Below are positions 43,050-54,495 of a DNA stretch of 64,000 nucleotides, piece by piece. Position numbers and translations under genes: made by a program. The notes under the pieces are model-generated. The model saw only the letters and a program-made list of their open reading frames with translations, was not told the origin of the DNA and did not search any database. Each line of letters starts with the position of its first letter. Position 1 is the stretch's first letter. The DNA is from Microcoleus sp. Its GTDB lineage: Bacteria; Cyanobacteriota; Cyanobacteriia; Cyanobacteriales; Microcoleaceae. Location of the stretch: NCBI GenBank assembly GCA_052279835.1, contig CP181291.1:4288001-4352000 (forward strand), given 5' to 3'.

Positions 43050-43704
43050 ATGAAAATCCGTCTCATACGTCGGCGAGAAAAGTGGGCAATTACCAGGGAA
43101 GGTTGGGTAATTGCAATCCTGGGATTAATAATTTCAATGATGTTGATAGTTAAAAATATCCATCCGTTTTTGGCGGTAAATTCGCCCGTGAAAGCAGATA
43201 TTTTGGTGGTAGAGGGCTGGTTGCCAGATTACGCGATCGAAAGTGCGATCGCCGAATTCAAACAAGGCAAATATCGCCAATTAATTACCACAGGAATTCC
43301 CTTAAGTAAAGGCTACTACTTAGCTGAATATAAAAATTATGCTGAACTCACTGCGGCCACTTGCATTGCCCTCGGATTCGATCGCGATAAAATCATCGCA
43401 GTACCTGCAGCCAATGTCCTCAAATATCGTACTGCTGCTTCGGCGATCGCACTTAAAGAATGGCTTGCTACCTCAGCGTTAAAAGTTGACGCCATTAATC
43501 TTTATTCCTTTGGAAACTCACGCCCGCAGAAGTTGGCTCATCTTTAAAGAAGTTCTGCATCCCGAAATTCAAGTGGGAATTATCGCAGCAGAGCCCCAAG
43601 ATTACAATCCTCAAGAATGGTGGAAATCCAGCGAAGGTTTTCGCATAGTAACAGGAGAAATTATTGCTTATATTTACGCCATTTTTGTTGATTGGAAAAT
43701 TTAG
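43050..43704 (+). pseudogene. YdcF/DUF218 family protein with a 1-nt frameshift
   Basis: LVVEGWLPDY...INLYSFG, then THARRSWL..EII continues in another frame (extra base in ggaaact at ~43513-43519); could be a sequencing error. Confidence 0.7.
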
Positions 43705-43843
43705 CTACAACCCTAGATATTTTGTTCCAGGGTTTGATAATTCCTCAATTCCCCAATACATATCTAAAATTATGCAGATGCTACCGGATTTGATATCAAA
43801 TCCCAACAGCCTCACGCAGCCTCAAGCGTTTTTGGTCCCACAC

Positions 43844-44010
43844 TATATCGCTTCTCAGTTAGGTGAAGTACAGGGGGGTGTCCATGGCGAATGGCGCATG
43901 GGGAATTGTTACTGGTTACTTGTTAGTGACTTTTCTCATAGCCAATTACCAATTACCAATTACCAATTACCAATGCTCGATTGTACCTCATCTTTCTGAG
44001 AAAGGCCATA
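43844..44010 (+). mobile_element. MITE family B, copy 2 (same orientation)
   Basis: Near-identical to 42856-43015 along its length, with more decayed ends. Confidence 0.75.
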
Positions 44011-44069
44011 TATCGCTTCGATTAGTGTGGGTATTCCCGTCCGTTTAGCTAAAATTTACTCTTTAGAAT

Positions 44070-45383
44070 TTAAAATTCTACAGCCTCGTCATTTTCAGTC
44101 CGCAGTCGCACCGAATCAGCGTGAGAAGGCAAACCCTCAGCTTCGGCCAAAACATTAATCGCCTTAGCCATTTTTTTCAGTGCTGTCGGCGAATATTCAA
44201 TCAAACTCGAATGCTTCATAAAAGTTTCGACACAAAGTGGTGAAGCATAGCGAGGAGCTCCTGAAGTCGGCAAAGTATGATTCGGTCCCGCCAAATAGTC
44301 TCCTACCGCTTCCGGTGTCGAGTAACCCAAGAAAATCGCCCCCGCGTGGCGAATTTGCTCTATTAAGGCCCAGGGATCTGCAACTTGCAATTCCAAGTGT
44401 TCGGGAGCAAACTCGTTAGAGAGTTCCGCCGCCGCCTTGAGAGACTCAACTACCACGACTAAACCATAATTAGCGATCGCCTTTTCAGTTAAAGTCCGGC
44501 GTGGGTGATTTGCCAACTGTCTATCTACCTCAGCCACCACCTTCCTCGCCAACACGGAATCCGCCGTCAGCAAAATCGCCGACGCCATCGAATCATGTTC
44601 AGCTTGAGCCAACATATCCGCAGCGACGTGGACGGGGTTAGCATCCCCATCAGCGATAATCAGCACTTCCGACGGGCCAGCCAGAGAATCAATCCCTACA
44701 GTCCCGTAAACCAGTTTTTTCGCTAAGGTAACGTAAATATTCCCCGGTCCAGTAATTAAATCCACCTTCGGAATAGTTTCCGTACCGTAGGCCAAAGCCG
44801 CGATCGCCTGAGCTCCACCTACACGATAAATCTCATCAACTCCCGCTTCCTGAGCCGCTACGAGCACCGCAGGATTCATTTTCTTTTCCTGTCCGGGGGG
44901 AGTACACATCACCAGTCTCGGAACTTTAGCGACCTTAGCAGGTACCGCATTCATGATCACCGAGCTGGGATAGGATGCCTGACCGCCGGGGATGTAAATT
45001 CCGGCGCGATCGACCGCAGTATAGCGCTTCCCCAAAACTACCTCATCCGAGCCAAACTGTACCCAAGACTTGGGGACGCGCTGTCGGTGAAACGCCTCTA
45101 CCTGTTTGCAAGCTGTGCGGATGGCACTTAATAATTCTTTGGGCACCTGCTGGTAAGCAGCGTCCAATTCAGAGCCACTCACACGTAAATCTTCCGCATT
45201 TAGGGTCATGCGGTCAAATTCAGCGGTGTAGTGCAGCAGGGCCTTATCGCCTTTGCGCTTTACAGCTTGCAGCACCTCCCGCACGGTGGCTTCTTTGTGA
45301 ACAACAAGTTCGTCATGGGTGCGATCGCAGATTCGTCGCAGTTCAGCTTGTGCCTCAACCCACTGAGTAATGATTCGCAGCAT
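44070..45383 (-). CDS. hisD: Histidinol dehydrogenase
   Basis: GGAQAIAALAYG, GPGNIYV, AGPSEV, AQAEHD, GDYLAGPNHTLPT; start at MLRIIT. Confidence 0.95.
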   Translation of the reverse strand: MLRIITQWVEAQAELRRICDRTHDELVVHKEATVREVLQAVKRKGDKALLHYTAEFDRMTLNAEDLRVSGSELDAAYQQVPKELLSAIRTACKQVEAFHRQRVPKSWVQFGSDEVVLGKRYTAVDRAGIYIPGGQASYPSSVIMNAVPAKVAKVPRLVMCTPPGQEKKMNPAVLVAAQEAGVDEIYRVGGAQAIAALAYGTETIPKVDLITGPGNIYVTLAKKLVYGTVGIDSLAGPSEVLIIADGDANPVHVAADMLAQAEHDSMASAILLTADSVLARKVVAEVDRQLANHPRRTLTEKAIANYGLVVVVESLKAAAELSNEFAPEHLELQVADPWALIEQIRHAGAIFLGYSTPEAVGDYLAGPNHTLPTSGAPRYASPLCVETFMKHSSLIEYSPTALKKMAKAINVLAEAEGLPSHADSVRLRTENDEAVEF

Positions 45384-45517
45384 GGAGATTCGGAATGCCT
45401 TCCTTAGGAATTGCCCGCCTGAGAACCGGGTGGCGATGGAGAGGAGAGAAGATCGGAGCAAGAGGGGGGAGAGGGAGAGCGGGAGAAGGGGGGAGAATGG
45501 GAGAACGGGAGAAATTG

Positions 45518-45608
45518 TCTTCTGCCTTGTGCCTTCTGCCTTGTGCCTTTTGCCTTCTGCCTTGTACCTTTTGCCTTCTGCCTTCTGTCTTCTGCCTTCT
45601 GCCTTCTG
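45518..45608. repeat. Heptamer tandem repeat (TGCCTTC/TGCCTTG)n
   Basis: Visible tandem array. Confidence 0.9.
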
Positions 45609-46109
45609 TAAATGCTTCTTGCCGAAGCTAGAATAACCCGTACTCTTTGTTATAGCTTAACTTGGATTTTTCCGGGAATCACATTTTGAGCAGAATATGT
45701 GCTATGTTAGTTTTTCTGACGTAATTTTTTTATAAAAAACCCTCAAATATTGTATACTCGAAAATTGCGCGCAATAAACCGTGACTTGTAGAGACCATTG
45801 TAGTTTGGTCTCCATCGGGTTAGTCGGTCAGCGTCAAACTCAGTGCCTGCAAGGCGCAGATCTAAGCGATGCCTGTGACTTTAGTCACTGGGTTGTTTAA
45901 CCTTCGGAAGCCGAGCCGAGCAACGGTTGCGTAAAATCAACCTCTACTATTACAGGAAGCATCCTGTTTGGGTAAATCGGCTGGCTAAATCAAGCATCTC
46001 AGTGTCTTCAGACCTGAGAGTCTCAAAAACTAGAGAAAGCAGAGATCTTTCTGGAAATTTCTCTGGTAGGGGCAACTATCAATGAATACCTACTTCCAGC
46101 AACTGAACT

Positions 46110-46409
46110 ATGGCAAATATTAAGTCCGCCGTTAAACGAGTCCAAATCGCTGAACGCAACCGCTTGTACAACAAATCTTACAAGTCAGCAGTAAAAACCC
46201 TGATGAAGAAGTATTTTGCAGCGGTTGAAAAATACGCAGCCACTCCGAGTCCTGAGTTAATGCAAGAAGTGCAACAGCGGATGTCAGAGGCTTACAGCAA
46301 AATCGACAAAGCAGTCAAAAAAGGTGTACTCCACCGTAACAATGGCGATCGCAAAAAGTCGCGCTTGGCGAGAACTCTCAAACCCCATGAAGTATCCGTA
46401 GCATCTTAA
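46110..46409 (+). CDS. rpsT: 30S ribosomal protein S20
   Basis: [10 protein letters not shown]...[13 protein letters not shown]. Confidence 0.97.
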   Translation: MANIKSAVKRVQIAERNRLYNKSYKSAVKTLMKKYFAAVEKYAATPSPELMQEVQQRMSEAYSKIDKAVKKGVLHRNNGDRKKSRLARTLKPHEVSVAS

Positions 46410-46570
46410 AGAAGCAGGAAGCAGTGATGAGTTAGTTGTTATTTGTGAGTGGTTGTTGGTTTTTAATAGCTAAGAACGGATAACAGATAACCAAGAGCCG
46501 ACTCTCCCCCTGTCCTTCCTCAAACTCGCTTACTCACCCACTATTCTTTTGACTTGTACTTGTCTCGCTC

Positions 46571-47350
46571 ATGCAGCTCATCGACACCCACGTTCATATC
46601 AACTTTGATACGTACAAATCTGAGTTAGAAGCCATTCGAGAACGCTGGCGGGAAGCTGGAGTAGTTCGTTTGGTTCATTCTTGTGTAGAGCCAGAAGAGT
46701 TTGCCGGAATTCAAGCAATCGCCAATCGGTTTGCTGAAGTATCCTTTGCCGTAGGCCTCCACCCCCTAGACGCAGGGAAGTGGACAGAGGAGACTGCAAA
46801 CCAGATTAGGGAATTGGCGAGTCAAGATGCCAGAGTAGTGGCGATCGGCGAAACCGGACTAGACTTTTACAAAGCGGACGATCGAGAACACCAGTTCAAA
46901 GTATTTGAAGCACAACTCGCGATCGCCCAGCAACTAGACAAACCGGTGATTATCCACTGTCGTAACGCAGCCGCCCCCATGGCAGAAATGCTGAGGGAAT
47001 TTTGGCAAACTCGTGGCCCGGTGCGCGGAGTCATGCACTGCTGGGGAGGAACACCAGAAGAAACCCAGTGGTTTTTAGACCTGGGTTTCTACATCAGTTT
47101 TAGTGGTACAGTCACTTTTAAAAAAGCCTTGCAAATACAAGAATCAGCTTGTATGGTAAATAGCGATCGGCTCCTAGTCGAGACAGATTCGCCCTTTCTC
47201 GCCCCCGTACCAGAACGGGGAAAACGCAACGAACCAGCCTTCGTGTACCACGTAGCCGCGCAAGTTGCTAAATTGAGAGGAGTTTCTCTCTTAACTGTGT
47301 CCCAGCAGACAACAGAAAATGCCTGTCGGCTATTCGGCCTTTCACTTTAA
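46571..47350 (+). CDS. tatD: TatD family hydrolase
   Basis: [32 protein letters not shown]. Confidence 0.93.
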   Translation: MQLIDTHVHINFDTYKSELEAIRERWREAGVVRLVHSCVEPEEFAGIQAIANRFAEVSFAVGLHPLDAGKWTEETANQIRELASQDARVVAIGETGLDFYKADDREHQFKVFEAQLAIAQQLDKPVIIHCRNAAAPMAEMLREFWQTRGPVRGVMHCWGGTPEETQWFLDLGFYISFSGTVTFKKALQIQESACMVNSDRLLVETDSPFLAPVPERGKRNEPAFVYHVAAQVAKLRGVSLLTVSQQTTENACRLFGLSL

Positions 47351-48158
47351 CTAAAGCCGAACAGAGGAAGGAGGAAAAAAGCCAGTCCCAAAAGAAGTTA
47401 GGTAGATTAACAGTAAGACTTTTTCTAAAATATGCTAACCATAGCTTAGATTTGGTAGATGTCTTTATGCGATCTAAAAACTACCGGTAGAGCAGTAAAT
47501 TCACCTAATTAAACCAAAAATACAGATGAGTAAAAAGCTGGCTGCATAAGTCTTCTTCTTTCTTCCTGACACGATTCGTGACCGGAAACCTGCAAGCTCC
47601 CGTAGTCGAAGGGTCGAAGTGTCGCAGAGCCTTATTCCTTCTACTTACTGCCATATCAGTCGGCACCACGAATATGTTATCGTTTGAAGTTGGCCATCGA
47701 TCGGATTTGCGCCCTATAATCAAAAGAACAAGCCGATCGAGCGTTGGCGCACTACTAGGGCGATAGCAGTTTCCGAGAAACTGCAAGCGAAAGTTAGTAT
47801 TGCACCGACCAGTCCGGCCAAACAATCAACTAATACACCGGAAAAATACACATCTAAAAAACTGGGGTCTTCAGAAATTTGGCGATAGCTGAAAAGTAAA
47901 TTCTAGGAATGAAATGTGTAGGGAATTAAAAATAGAACACCAAGAGATCGGCACAAAAAAGATCTCGATCGAAGCCAAAATGAGCAATAATCCGCTGCGA
48001 GCTACCCGCAAAAATAACCGTTGCAGTAGTTGGTAAGCGATGGAAAACATCATATAAATTCTCTCACACAATCTCTCAAAAAAACGAAAGCAAGGTAAAA
48101 AACGCCCCGGTTGGGCACCATGTAAAAAGCTAGAGCTTTCTCAGGAAAAAGGACACCC

Positions 48159-51100
48159 ATGACCAGTAAAGATTACACAGAATTCGCATTCACCTTGCCC
48201 GACCTGATCGAAATCCAGCGGGCAAGTTTTCGCTGGTTCCTAGAAGCCGGACTCATCGAAGAACTAGACAGCTTCTCCCCCATCACAGACTACACAGGGA
48301 AGCTAGAACTCCACTTCATCGGCAAAGACTTCAAACTGAAGCGCCCCAAGTACGATGTAGACGAAGCCAAACGACGGGACAGTACCTACTCAGTACAAAT
48401 GTACGTCCCCACCCGTTTGATTAACAAAGAAACAGGCGAAATCAAAGAACAAGAAGTCTTCATCGGCGATTTGCCCTTGATGACTGAACGCGGGACCTTC
48501 ATTATCAACGGCGCAGAACGAGTCATTGTTAATCAAATCGTGCGTTCCCCTGGGGTCTACTACAAATCAGAAACCGACAAAAACGGCCGCCGCTCCTACA
48601 ACGCATCTCTGATTCCCAACCGTGGCGCATGGCTGAAATTTGAAACCGACAAAAACGATTTAGTCTGGGTCAGAATCGACAAAACCCGCAAACTCAGCGC
48701 CCAAGTCTTGCTCAAAGCTCTGGGACTCACAGACGGCGAAATCTACGACAGTTTGCGCCATCCCGAATACTTCCAAAAAACGATCGAAAAAGAAGGACAA
48801 TTCGGCGAAGAAGAAGCCCTGATGGAGCTCTACCGCAAACTAAGACCGGGGGAACCCCCCACGGTAGCAGGTGGCGAACAACTACTCAATTCCCGATTCT
48901 TCGACCCCAAACGATACGACTTGGGCAGAGTAGGACGCTACAAGCTCAACAAAAAGTTGAACTTGACCGTCCCAGACACAGTGCGCGTGTTGACATCCCA
49001 GGATATCCTGACCGCGATCGACTATTTAATTAACCTCGAATTCGACATCGGCTCAACAGACGACATCGACCACCTAGGAAACCGTCGCGTCCGAAGTGTC
49101 GGAGAACTGCTGCAAAACCAAGTCAGAGTAGGACTCAACCGCCTAGAACGAATCATTCGCGAAAGAATGACCGTTTCCGATTCCGACTCCCTAAGTCCCA
49201 CATCCCTGGTCAATCCAAAACCCCTAGTAGCAGCCATCAAAGAGTTCTTTGGCTCTTCCCAGCTATCGCAGTTTATGGACCAGACCAATCCCTTGGCAGA
49301 ACTGACCCACAAACGACGCCTATCCGCCCTAGGACCAGGAGGTCTAACCCGCGAACGCGCAGGCTTTGCAGTTCGGGATATTCACCCGTCCCACTACGGT
49401 CGGATTTGCCCCATCGAAACACCAGAAGGCCCCAACGCCGGACTCATCGGCTCCCTAGCAACCCACGCCAGAGTCAACCCCTACGGCTTCATCGAAACCC
49501 CTTTTTACCCAGTCGAAAAAGGAAAGGTGCTGCGAGACAAAGCTCCCGTTTACATGACAGCCGATGAAGAAGATGATTTGCGGGTTGCACCGGGGGACAT
49601 TAGCCTCGACGAAAACAACAACCTCCTCGGCGAAACCGTAGCCGTCCGCTACCGTCAGGAATTCACCACGACGACACCCATGCAAGTGGACTACATGGCA
49701 ATTTCGCCAGTCCAAATCGTTTCCGTCGCCACATCACTAATTCCCTTCCTGGAACACGACGACGCCAACCGAGCTCTGATGGGCTCCAATATGCAGCGCC
49801 AAGCAGTGCCATTGCTCAAACCAGAAAGACCACTCGTGGGTACAGGTTTGGAAGCTCAAGCAGCGCGAGATTCCGGGATGGTGGTGGTTTCCCGTATCAA
49901 CGGAGAAGTTGTCTACATCGATGCCACCAGAGTAATCGTCAAATCCCTAGACCCCGATGCTGAATCCCCTTCATCGGAAGAGTTGTTTATGATTCGGGAT
50001 TATGACGAACTCAGGGCGAGAAATCCTTCTGCTTTCAAGCAAAAGTATGCTGGCTGCATCGAACATGAGTTACAAAAGTATCAGCGTTCTAACCAGGATA
50101 CTTGCTTAAATCAGCGTCCTTTGATCTATGAGGGCGATCGCGTCGTAGCCGGTCAAGTGCTAGCCGATGGTTCCTCCACCGAAGGCGCAGAACTCGCCCT
50201 AGGACACAACATCCTCGTAGCCTATATGCCCTGGGAAGGCTACAACTACGAAGACGCGATGTTGATTAGCGAACGCCTGGTCTACGAAGATGTTTATACT
50301 TCGATTCACATTGAAAAGTATGAAATCGAAGCCCGCCAAACCAAACTCGGCCCTGAAGAAATCACCCGCGAAATTCCCAACGTCGGCGAAGACGCACTAC
50401 GACAATTAGACGAACAGGGGATTATCCGCAAAGGGGCTTGGGTGGAAGCTAGCGACATTTTGGTCGGTAAAGTAACTCCCAAAGGTGAATCAGACCAACC
50501 ACCGGAAGAAAAACTGTTGAGGGCTATTTTTGGCGAAAAAGCGAGAGATGTCCGCGACAATTCCCTGCGCGTTCCCAACGGTGAAAAAGGCCGCGTTGTA
50601 GACGTGCGGGTGTTCACCAGGGAACAAGGCGACGAACTACCCCCAGGTGCAAACATGGTAGTCCGAGTTTATGTCGCCCAAAAGCGCAAGATTCAAGTCG
50701 GAGACAAAATGGCAGGCCGCCACGGCAATAAGGGTATTGTGTCTCGGATTTTGCCCATGGAGGATATGCCCTATTTGCCCGACGGGACACCGGTGGATAT
50801 GGTGTTGAATCCCCTAGGCGTACCCTCACGGATGAATGTGGGTCAGATTTTTGAGTGCTTGCTCGGCTGGGCTGGGGAAAATCTGTCGATGCGGTTTAAG
50901 ATGGTGCCTTTCGATGAAATGCACGGGGCTGAGAAGTCTCGCGAAACTGTGCACGGCAAGTTGCAAGAAGCGCGGGAAAAAACAGGCAAACCCTGGGTGT
51001 TTGATGAAAAACATCCAGGCAAGACTATTGTCTATGATGGTCGCACTGGTGAGCCGTTCGATCGCCCTGTGACAGTCGGCATCGCTTATATGCTCAAACT

Positions 51101-51548
51101 CGTCCACTTGGTAGATGACAAGATTCACGCCCGGAGCACCGGACCTTACTCGTTGGTAACACAACAACCTTTGGGTGGTAAAGCTCAGCAAGGCGGACAG
51201 CGGTTTGGGGAAATGGAAGTGTGGGCCTTGGAAGCTTTTGGGGCTGCTTATACTTTGCAGGAGTTGTTGACAGTCAAGTCCGATGATATGCAGGGCAGAA
51301 ATGAGGCTCTAAATGCGATCGTCAAAGGTAAGGCAATTCCCCGCCCCGGTACTCCAGAATCTTTCAAAGTGTTGATGCGAGAATTGCAATCTTTGTGTTT
51401 AGATATTGCTGTTCATAAAGTCAACACATCCGATGATGGTAGCGAACACGTAGAGGTAGATTTGATGGCAGATGTCGGTGGCAGGCGATCGCCCTCTAGA
51501 CCAACCTATGAATCTCTTTCCCGTGATGAACTAGACGAAGATATGTAG
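48159..51548 (+). CDS. rpoB: RNA polymerase beta subunit
   Basis: [40 protein letters not shown]. Confidence 0.99.
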   Translation: MTSKDYTEFAFTLPDLIEIQRASFRWFLEAGLIEELDSFSPITDYTGKLELHFIGKDFKLKRPKYDVDEAKRRDSTYSVQMYVPTRLINKETGEIKEQEVFIGDLPLMTERGTFIINGAERVIVNQIVRSPGVYYKSETDKNGRRSYNASLIPNRGAWLKFETDKNDLVWVRIDKTRKLSAQVLLKALGLTDGEIYDSLRHPEYFQKTIEKEGQFGEEEALMELYRKLRPGEPPTVAGGEQLLNSRFFDPKRYDLGRVGRYKLNKKLNLTVPDTVRVLTSQDILTAIDYLINLEFDIGSTDDIDHLGNRRVRSVGELLQNQVRVGLNRLERIIRERMTVSDSDSLSPTSLVNPKPLVAAIKEFFGSSQLSQFMDQTNPLAELTHKRRLSALGPGGLTRERAGFAVRDIHPSHYGRICPIETPEGPNAGLIGSLATHARVNPYGFIETPFYPVEKGKVLRDKAPVYMTADEEDDLRVAPGDISLDENNNLLGETVAVRYRQEFTTTTPMQVDYMAISPVQIVSVATSLIPFLEHDDANRALMGSNMQRQAVPLLKPERPLVGTGLEAQAARDSGMVVVSRINGEVVYIDATRVIVKSLDPDAESPSSEELFMIRDYDELRARNPSAFKQKYAGCIEHELQKYQRSNQDTCLNQRPLIYEGDRVVAGQVLADGSSTEGAELALGHNILVAYMPWEGYNYEDAMLISERLVYEDVYTSIHIEKYEIEARQTKLGPEEITREIPNVGEDALRQLDEQGIIRKGAWVEASDILVGKVTPKGESDQPPEEKLLRAIFGEKARDVRDNSLRVPNGEKGRVVDVRVFTREQGDELPPGANMVVRVYVAQKRKIQVGDKMAGRHGNKGIVSRILPMEDMPYLPDGTPVDMVLNPLGVPSRMNVGQIFECLLGWAGENLSMRFKMVPFDEMHGAEKSRETVHGKLQEAREKTGKPWVFDEKHPGKTIVYDGRTGEPFDRPVTVGIAYMLKLVHLVDDKIHARSTGPYSLVTQQPLGGKAQQGGQRFGEMEVWALEAFGAAYTLQELLTVKSDDMQGRNEALNAIVKGKAIPRPGTPESFKVLMRELQSLCLDIAVHKVNTSDDGSEHVEVDLMADVGGRRSPSRPTYESLSRDELDEDM

Positions 51549-51957
51549 GTATTGGAGATAGTGGATTTGAGATTTTGAGCAACACTAAACCCAAAGTCTC
51601 AAATCAACCATCTCAAATAGAAAGCCTCAACATTGTTCGTACCACCCACCGGTAAGATTGCAAATCAACGCTCTAAAAGGGAGAGACGCTGAACATGACC
51701 ATTGCAAGAGTTGTCCCAGCAATTAATGAAACAGAAATTCACCGCTCAACAGGCTGTATTAATTGGCAAAAAAATAAATTTGGCAACCATTCCGCACCCA
51801 AGCAGAACAACAGCAATCAGAATGGAAAAACAAAATTTAGTTATTAGTTAGTGGTTAGTGGCGGTGTGCCGTGCCCTTCGAGTCCGCGCTTGAGTCAGCC
51901 GAGCCCCATGGTCCGAACCGCTTAGTTGAAGCGTCGAAGTGTTATATGTTAGGGGAA

Positions 51958-52012
51958 GAACAAATAACCAAGAACAAATAACCAATAACTAATAACCAAT
52001 AACTAATAACCT
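51958..52012. repeat. (AATAACC/AATAACT)n STRR-type tract
   Basis: Visible tandem heptamers between rpoB and rpoC1. Confidence 0.7.
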
Positions 52013-52107
52013 CCCCATCACAAATTCACCCCTGCTCAAACCATCGAGCAAACAAAAACAGTAAATCCACAAAAATCATCGACTGTAAATCATCAATTGG
52101 AGTCAAA

Positions 52108-53982
52108 ATGGCTAAGTTAGAACAACGCTTTGATTACGTCAAAATAGGATTAGCCTCACCAGAAAGAATTCGACAGTGGGGAGAAAGAACCTTACCCAAC
52201 GGTCAGATAACCGGAGAAGTAACAAAACCAGAAACAATTAACTATAGAACCTTAAAACCAGAAATGGACGGCTTATTTTGTGAGCGGATTTTTGGGCCGG
52301 CGAAGGACTGGGAGTGCCATTGTGGGAAATATAAGAGAGTGAGACATAGGGGAATTGTTTGTGAGAGATGTGGGGTGGAAGTAACGGAGTCGCGGGTGCG
52401 TCGTCATAGGATGGGGTTTATTAAGTTGGCGGCACCGGTGGCTCATGTTTGGTATCTGAAGGGTATTCCTAGCTATATGGCAATTTTGTTGGATATGCCT
52501 TTGCGGGATGTAGAGCAGATTGTTTATTTCAATGCTTATGTGGTGTTGAATGCGGGGAACGCGGATAAGTTGCAATACAAGCAGTTGTTGACGGAGGATG
52601 CTTGGTTAGAGATTGAGGATGAATTGTATAGCGAGGATTCGACTCTGACGGGGGTGGAAGTGGGCATTGGGGCGGAGGCGTTGCAGGTTTTGTTGCAGAA
52701 TATTCCTTTGGAGTCGGAGGCGGAGAAACTGCGGGAGGATATTGCGAATGCGAAGGGACAGAAGCGGGCGAAGTTGATTAAACGGTTGCGGGTAATTGAT
52801 AATTTCATTGCTACTGGTTCGCAGCCGGATTGGATGGTGTTGTCGGTGATTCCGGTGATTCCTCCAGATTTGCGGCCGATGGTGCAGTTGGATGGGGGGC
52901 GGTTTGCTACTTCGGATTTGAACGATCTTTATCGGCGGGTGATTAATCGGAACAATCGGTTGGCTAGGTTGCAAGAGATTTTGGCACCGGAGATTATTAT
53001 TCGGAATGAGAAACGGATGTTGCAGGAGGCGGTGGATGCGCTGATTGATAATGGAAGACGGGGCAGGACTGTGGTGGGGGCGAACAATCGGCCGCTGAAG
53101 TCTTTGTCGGACATTATTGAGGGGAAACAGGGTAGGTTCCGCCAAAATCTTTTGGGTAAGCGGGTGGATTATTCTGGTCGTTCGGTGATTGTGGTGGGGC
53201 CGAAGTTGAAGATTCATCAGTGTGGATTGCCTAGGGAGATGGCGATCGAGTTGTTTCAACCTTTTGTGATTCACCGGTTGATTCGTCAGGGGTTGGTGAA
53301 TAATATTAAGGCTGCGAAGAAGATGATTCAGCGGGGTGATGCTGGGGTGTGGGAGGTGTTGCAGGAGGTGATTGAGGGTCATCCGGTGATGTTGAACCGG
53401 GCTCCTACTTTGCACAGGTTGGGGATTCAGGCTTTTGAGCCGATTTTGGTGGATGGGAGGGCGATTCAGTTGCATCCTTTGGTTTGTCCGGCTTTTAATG
53501 CGGACTTTGATGGGGACCAAATGGCGGTGCATGTTCCTTTGTCGTTGGAGTCTCAGGCGGAGGCGAGGTTGTTGATGTTGGCTTCTAATAATATTATGTC
53601 GCCGGCTACTGGGAGACCAATTGTGACTCCTTCTCAGGATATGGTTTTGGGTTGCTATTATTTGACGGCGGATAATCCTCATGGGCAGAAGGGGGCTGGT
53701 CGGTTTTTTGCGAATTTGGATGATGTGGTGGTTGCTTACGAGCAGAAGGTTGTGGATTTGCATTCTTATGTTTGGGTGAGGTTCCAGGGGGTTATGGAGA
53801 GTGGGGAACCGGAGGGGGAGCCTTTGAAGATGGAGCGATCGCCTGGGGGAATTGTGACTAAGGAGTATAAGTTTCGTCGGGTTCGGGAGGATGAACAGGG
53901 GAATGTGATTAATCAATATATTCGGACTACTCCGGGGAGGGTTATTTATCATCAGACGATTTTGTCTGTGATAAATAATTAG
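52108..53982 (+). CDS. rpoC1: RNA polymerase gamma subunit
   Basis: Zn finger CHCGKY..CERC; catalytic NADFDGD. Confidence 0.99.
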   Translation: MAKLEQRFDYVKIGLASPERIRQWGERTLPNGQITGEVTKPETINYRTLKPEMDGLFCERIFGPAKDWECHCGKYKRVRHRGIVCERCGVEVTESRVRRHRMGFIKLAAPVAHVWYLKGIPSYMAILLDMPLRDVEQIVYFNAYVVLNAGNADKLQYKQLLTEDAWLEIEDELYSEDSTLTGVEVGIGAEALQVLLQNIPLESEAEKLREDIANAKGQKRAKLIKRLRVIDNFIATGSQPDWMVLSVIPVIPPDLRPMVQLDGGRFATSDLNDLYRRVINRNNRLARLQEILAPEIIIRNEKRMLQEAVDALIDNGRRGRTVVGANNRPLKSLSDIIEGKQGRFRQNLLGKRVDYSGRSVIVVGPKLKIHQCGLPREMAIELFQPFVIHRLIRQGLVNNIKAAKKMIQRGDAGVWEVLQEVIEGHPVMLNRAPTLHRLGIQAFEPILVDGRAIQLHPLVCPAFNADFDGDQMAVHVPLSLESQAEARLLMLASNNIMSPATGRPIVTPSQDMVLGCYYLTADNPHGQKGAGRFFANLDDVVVAYEQKVVDLHSYVWVRFQGVMESGEPEGEPLKMERSPGGIVTKEYKFRRVREDEQGNVINQYIRTTPGRVIYHQTILSVINN

Positions 53983-54093
53983 GGCGATGGTTGATGGTTG
54001 ATGTGGAGTCGGTTGTCAATTGTTTGTTGCAAAAAAGGTGATGGTTTGATGGCAATTTTTTATGAGGCTGCATGGAATTCCGATCCCCCCTAA

Positions 54094-54198
54094 TATCAAA
54101 TCCGGTAACATCGGAATTATTCATCTCTCTTATCTCCCTCTGTGTTCTCTGCGTTCTAGGTCCGGTTAAATCACCTGACGATGCAGCCGGAAACGATA
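54094..54198 (-). mobile_element. MITE family A copy with TAA duplication, inserted in a REP-like element
   Basis: gatcccccc TAA|tatcaaatcc...ggaaacgata|TAA ccccccttcttaaggggggg. Confidence 0.75.
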
Positions 54199-54201
54199 TA
54201 A

Positions 54202-54430
54202 CCCCCCTTCTTAAGGGGGGGACAAGATTCTTCTTCAAGTCCCCCTTCTTAAGGGACAAGATGCTTCTCCAAGTTCCACTTAATAAGGGGGGGGCAAGAT
54301 GCTTCTCAAAGTCCCCCTTCTTAAGGGGGATTTAGGGGGATCGAAATATATGCTTCGATCGGGAGATTTAGGGGGATCGAAATATATGCTTCGATCGGGG
54401 GATTTAGGGGGATCGAAATATATGCTTCGA
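54202..54430. repeat. Cluster of ccccttcttaagggg hairpin repeats followed by three tandem 36-bp units
   Basis: Four cc(c/a)ctt.(t/a)taaggg units, then (gggggatttagggggatcgaaatatatgcttcgatc)x3. Confidence 0.85.
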
Positions 54431-54495
54431 CCCATTAAATTGGTTTGAGTTGGTGAAGGTTTGCAAACATTTTAGGTAATTTAAGGATAAAGAAA

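Noticed and set aside
54325..54430. Three 36-bp units as a possible mini-CRISPR
   Set aside because: Units are directly tandem with no unique spacers.
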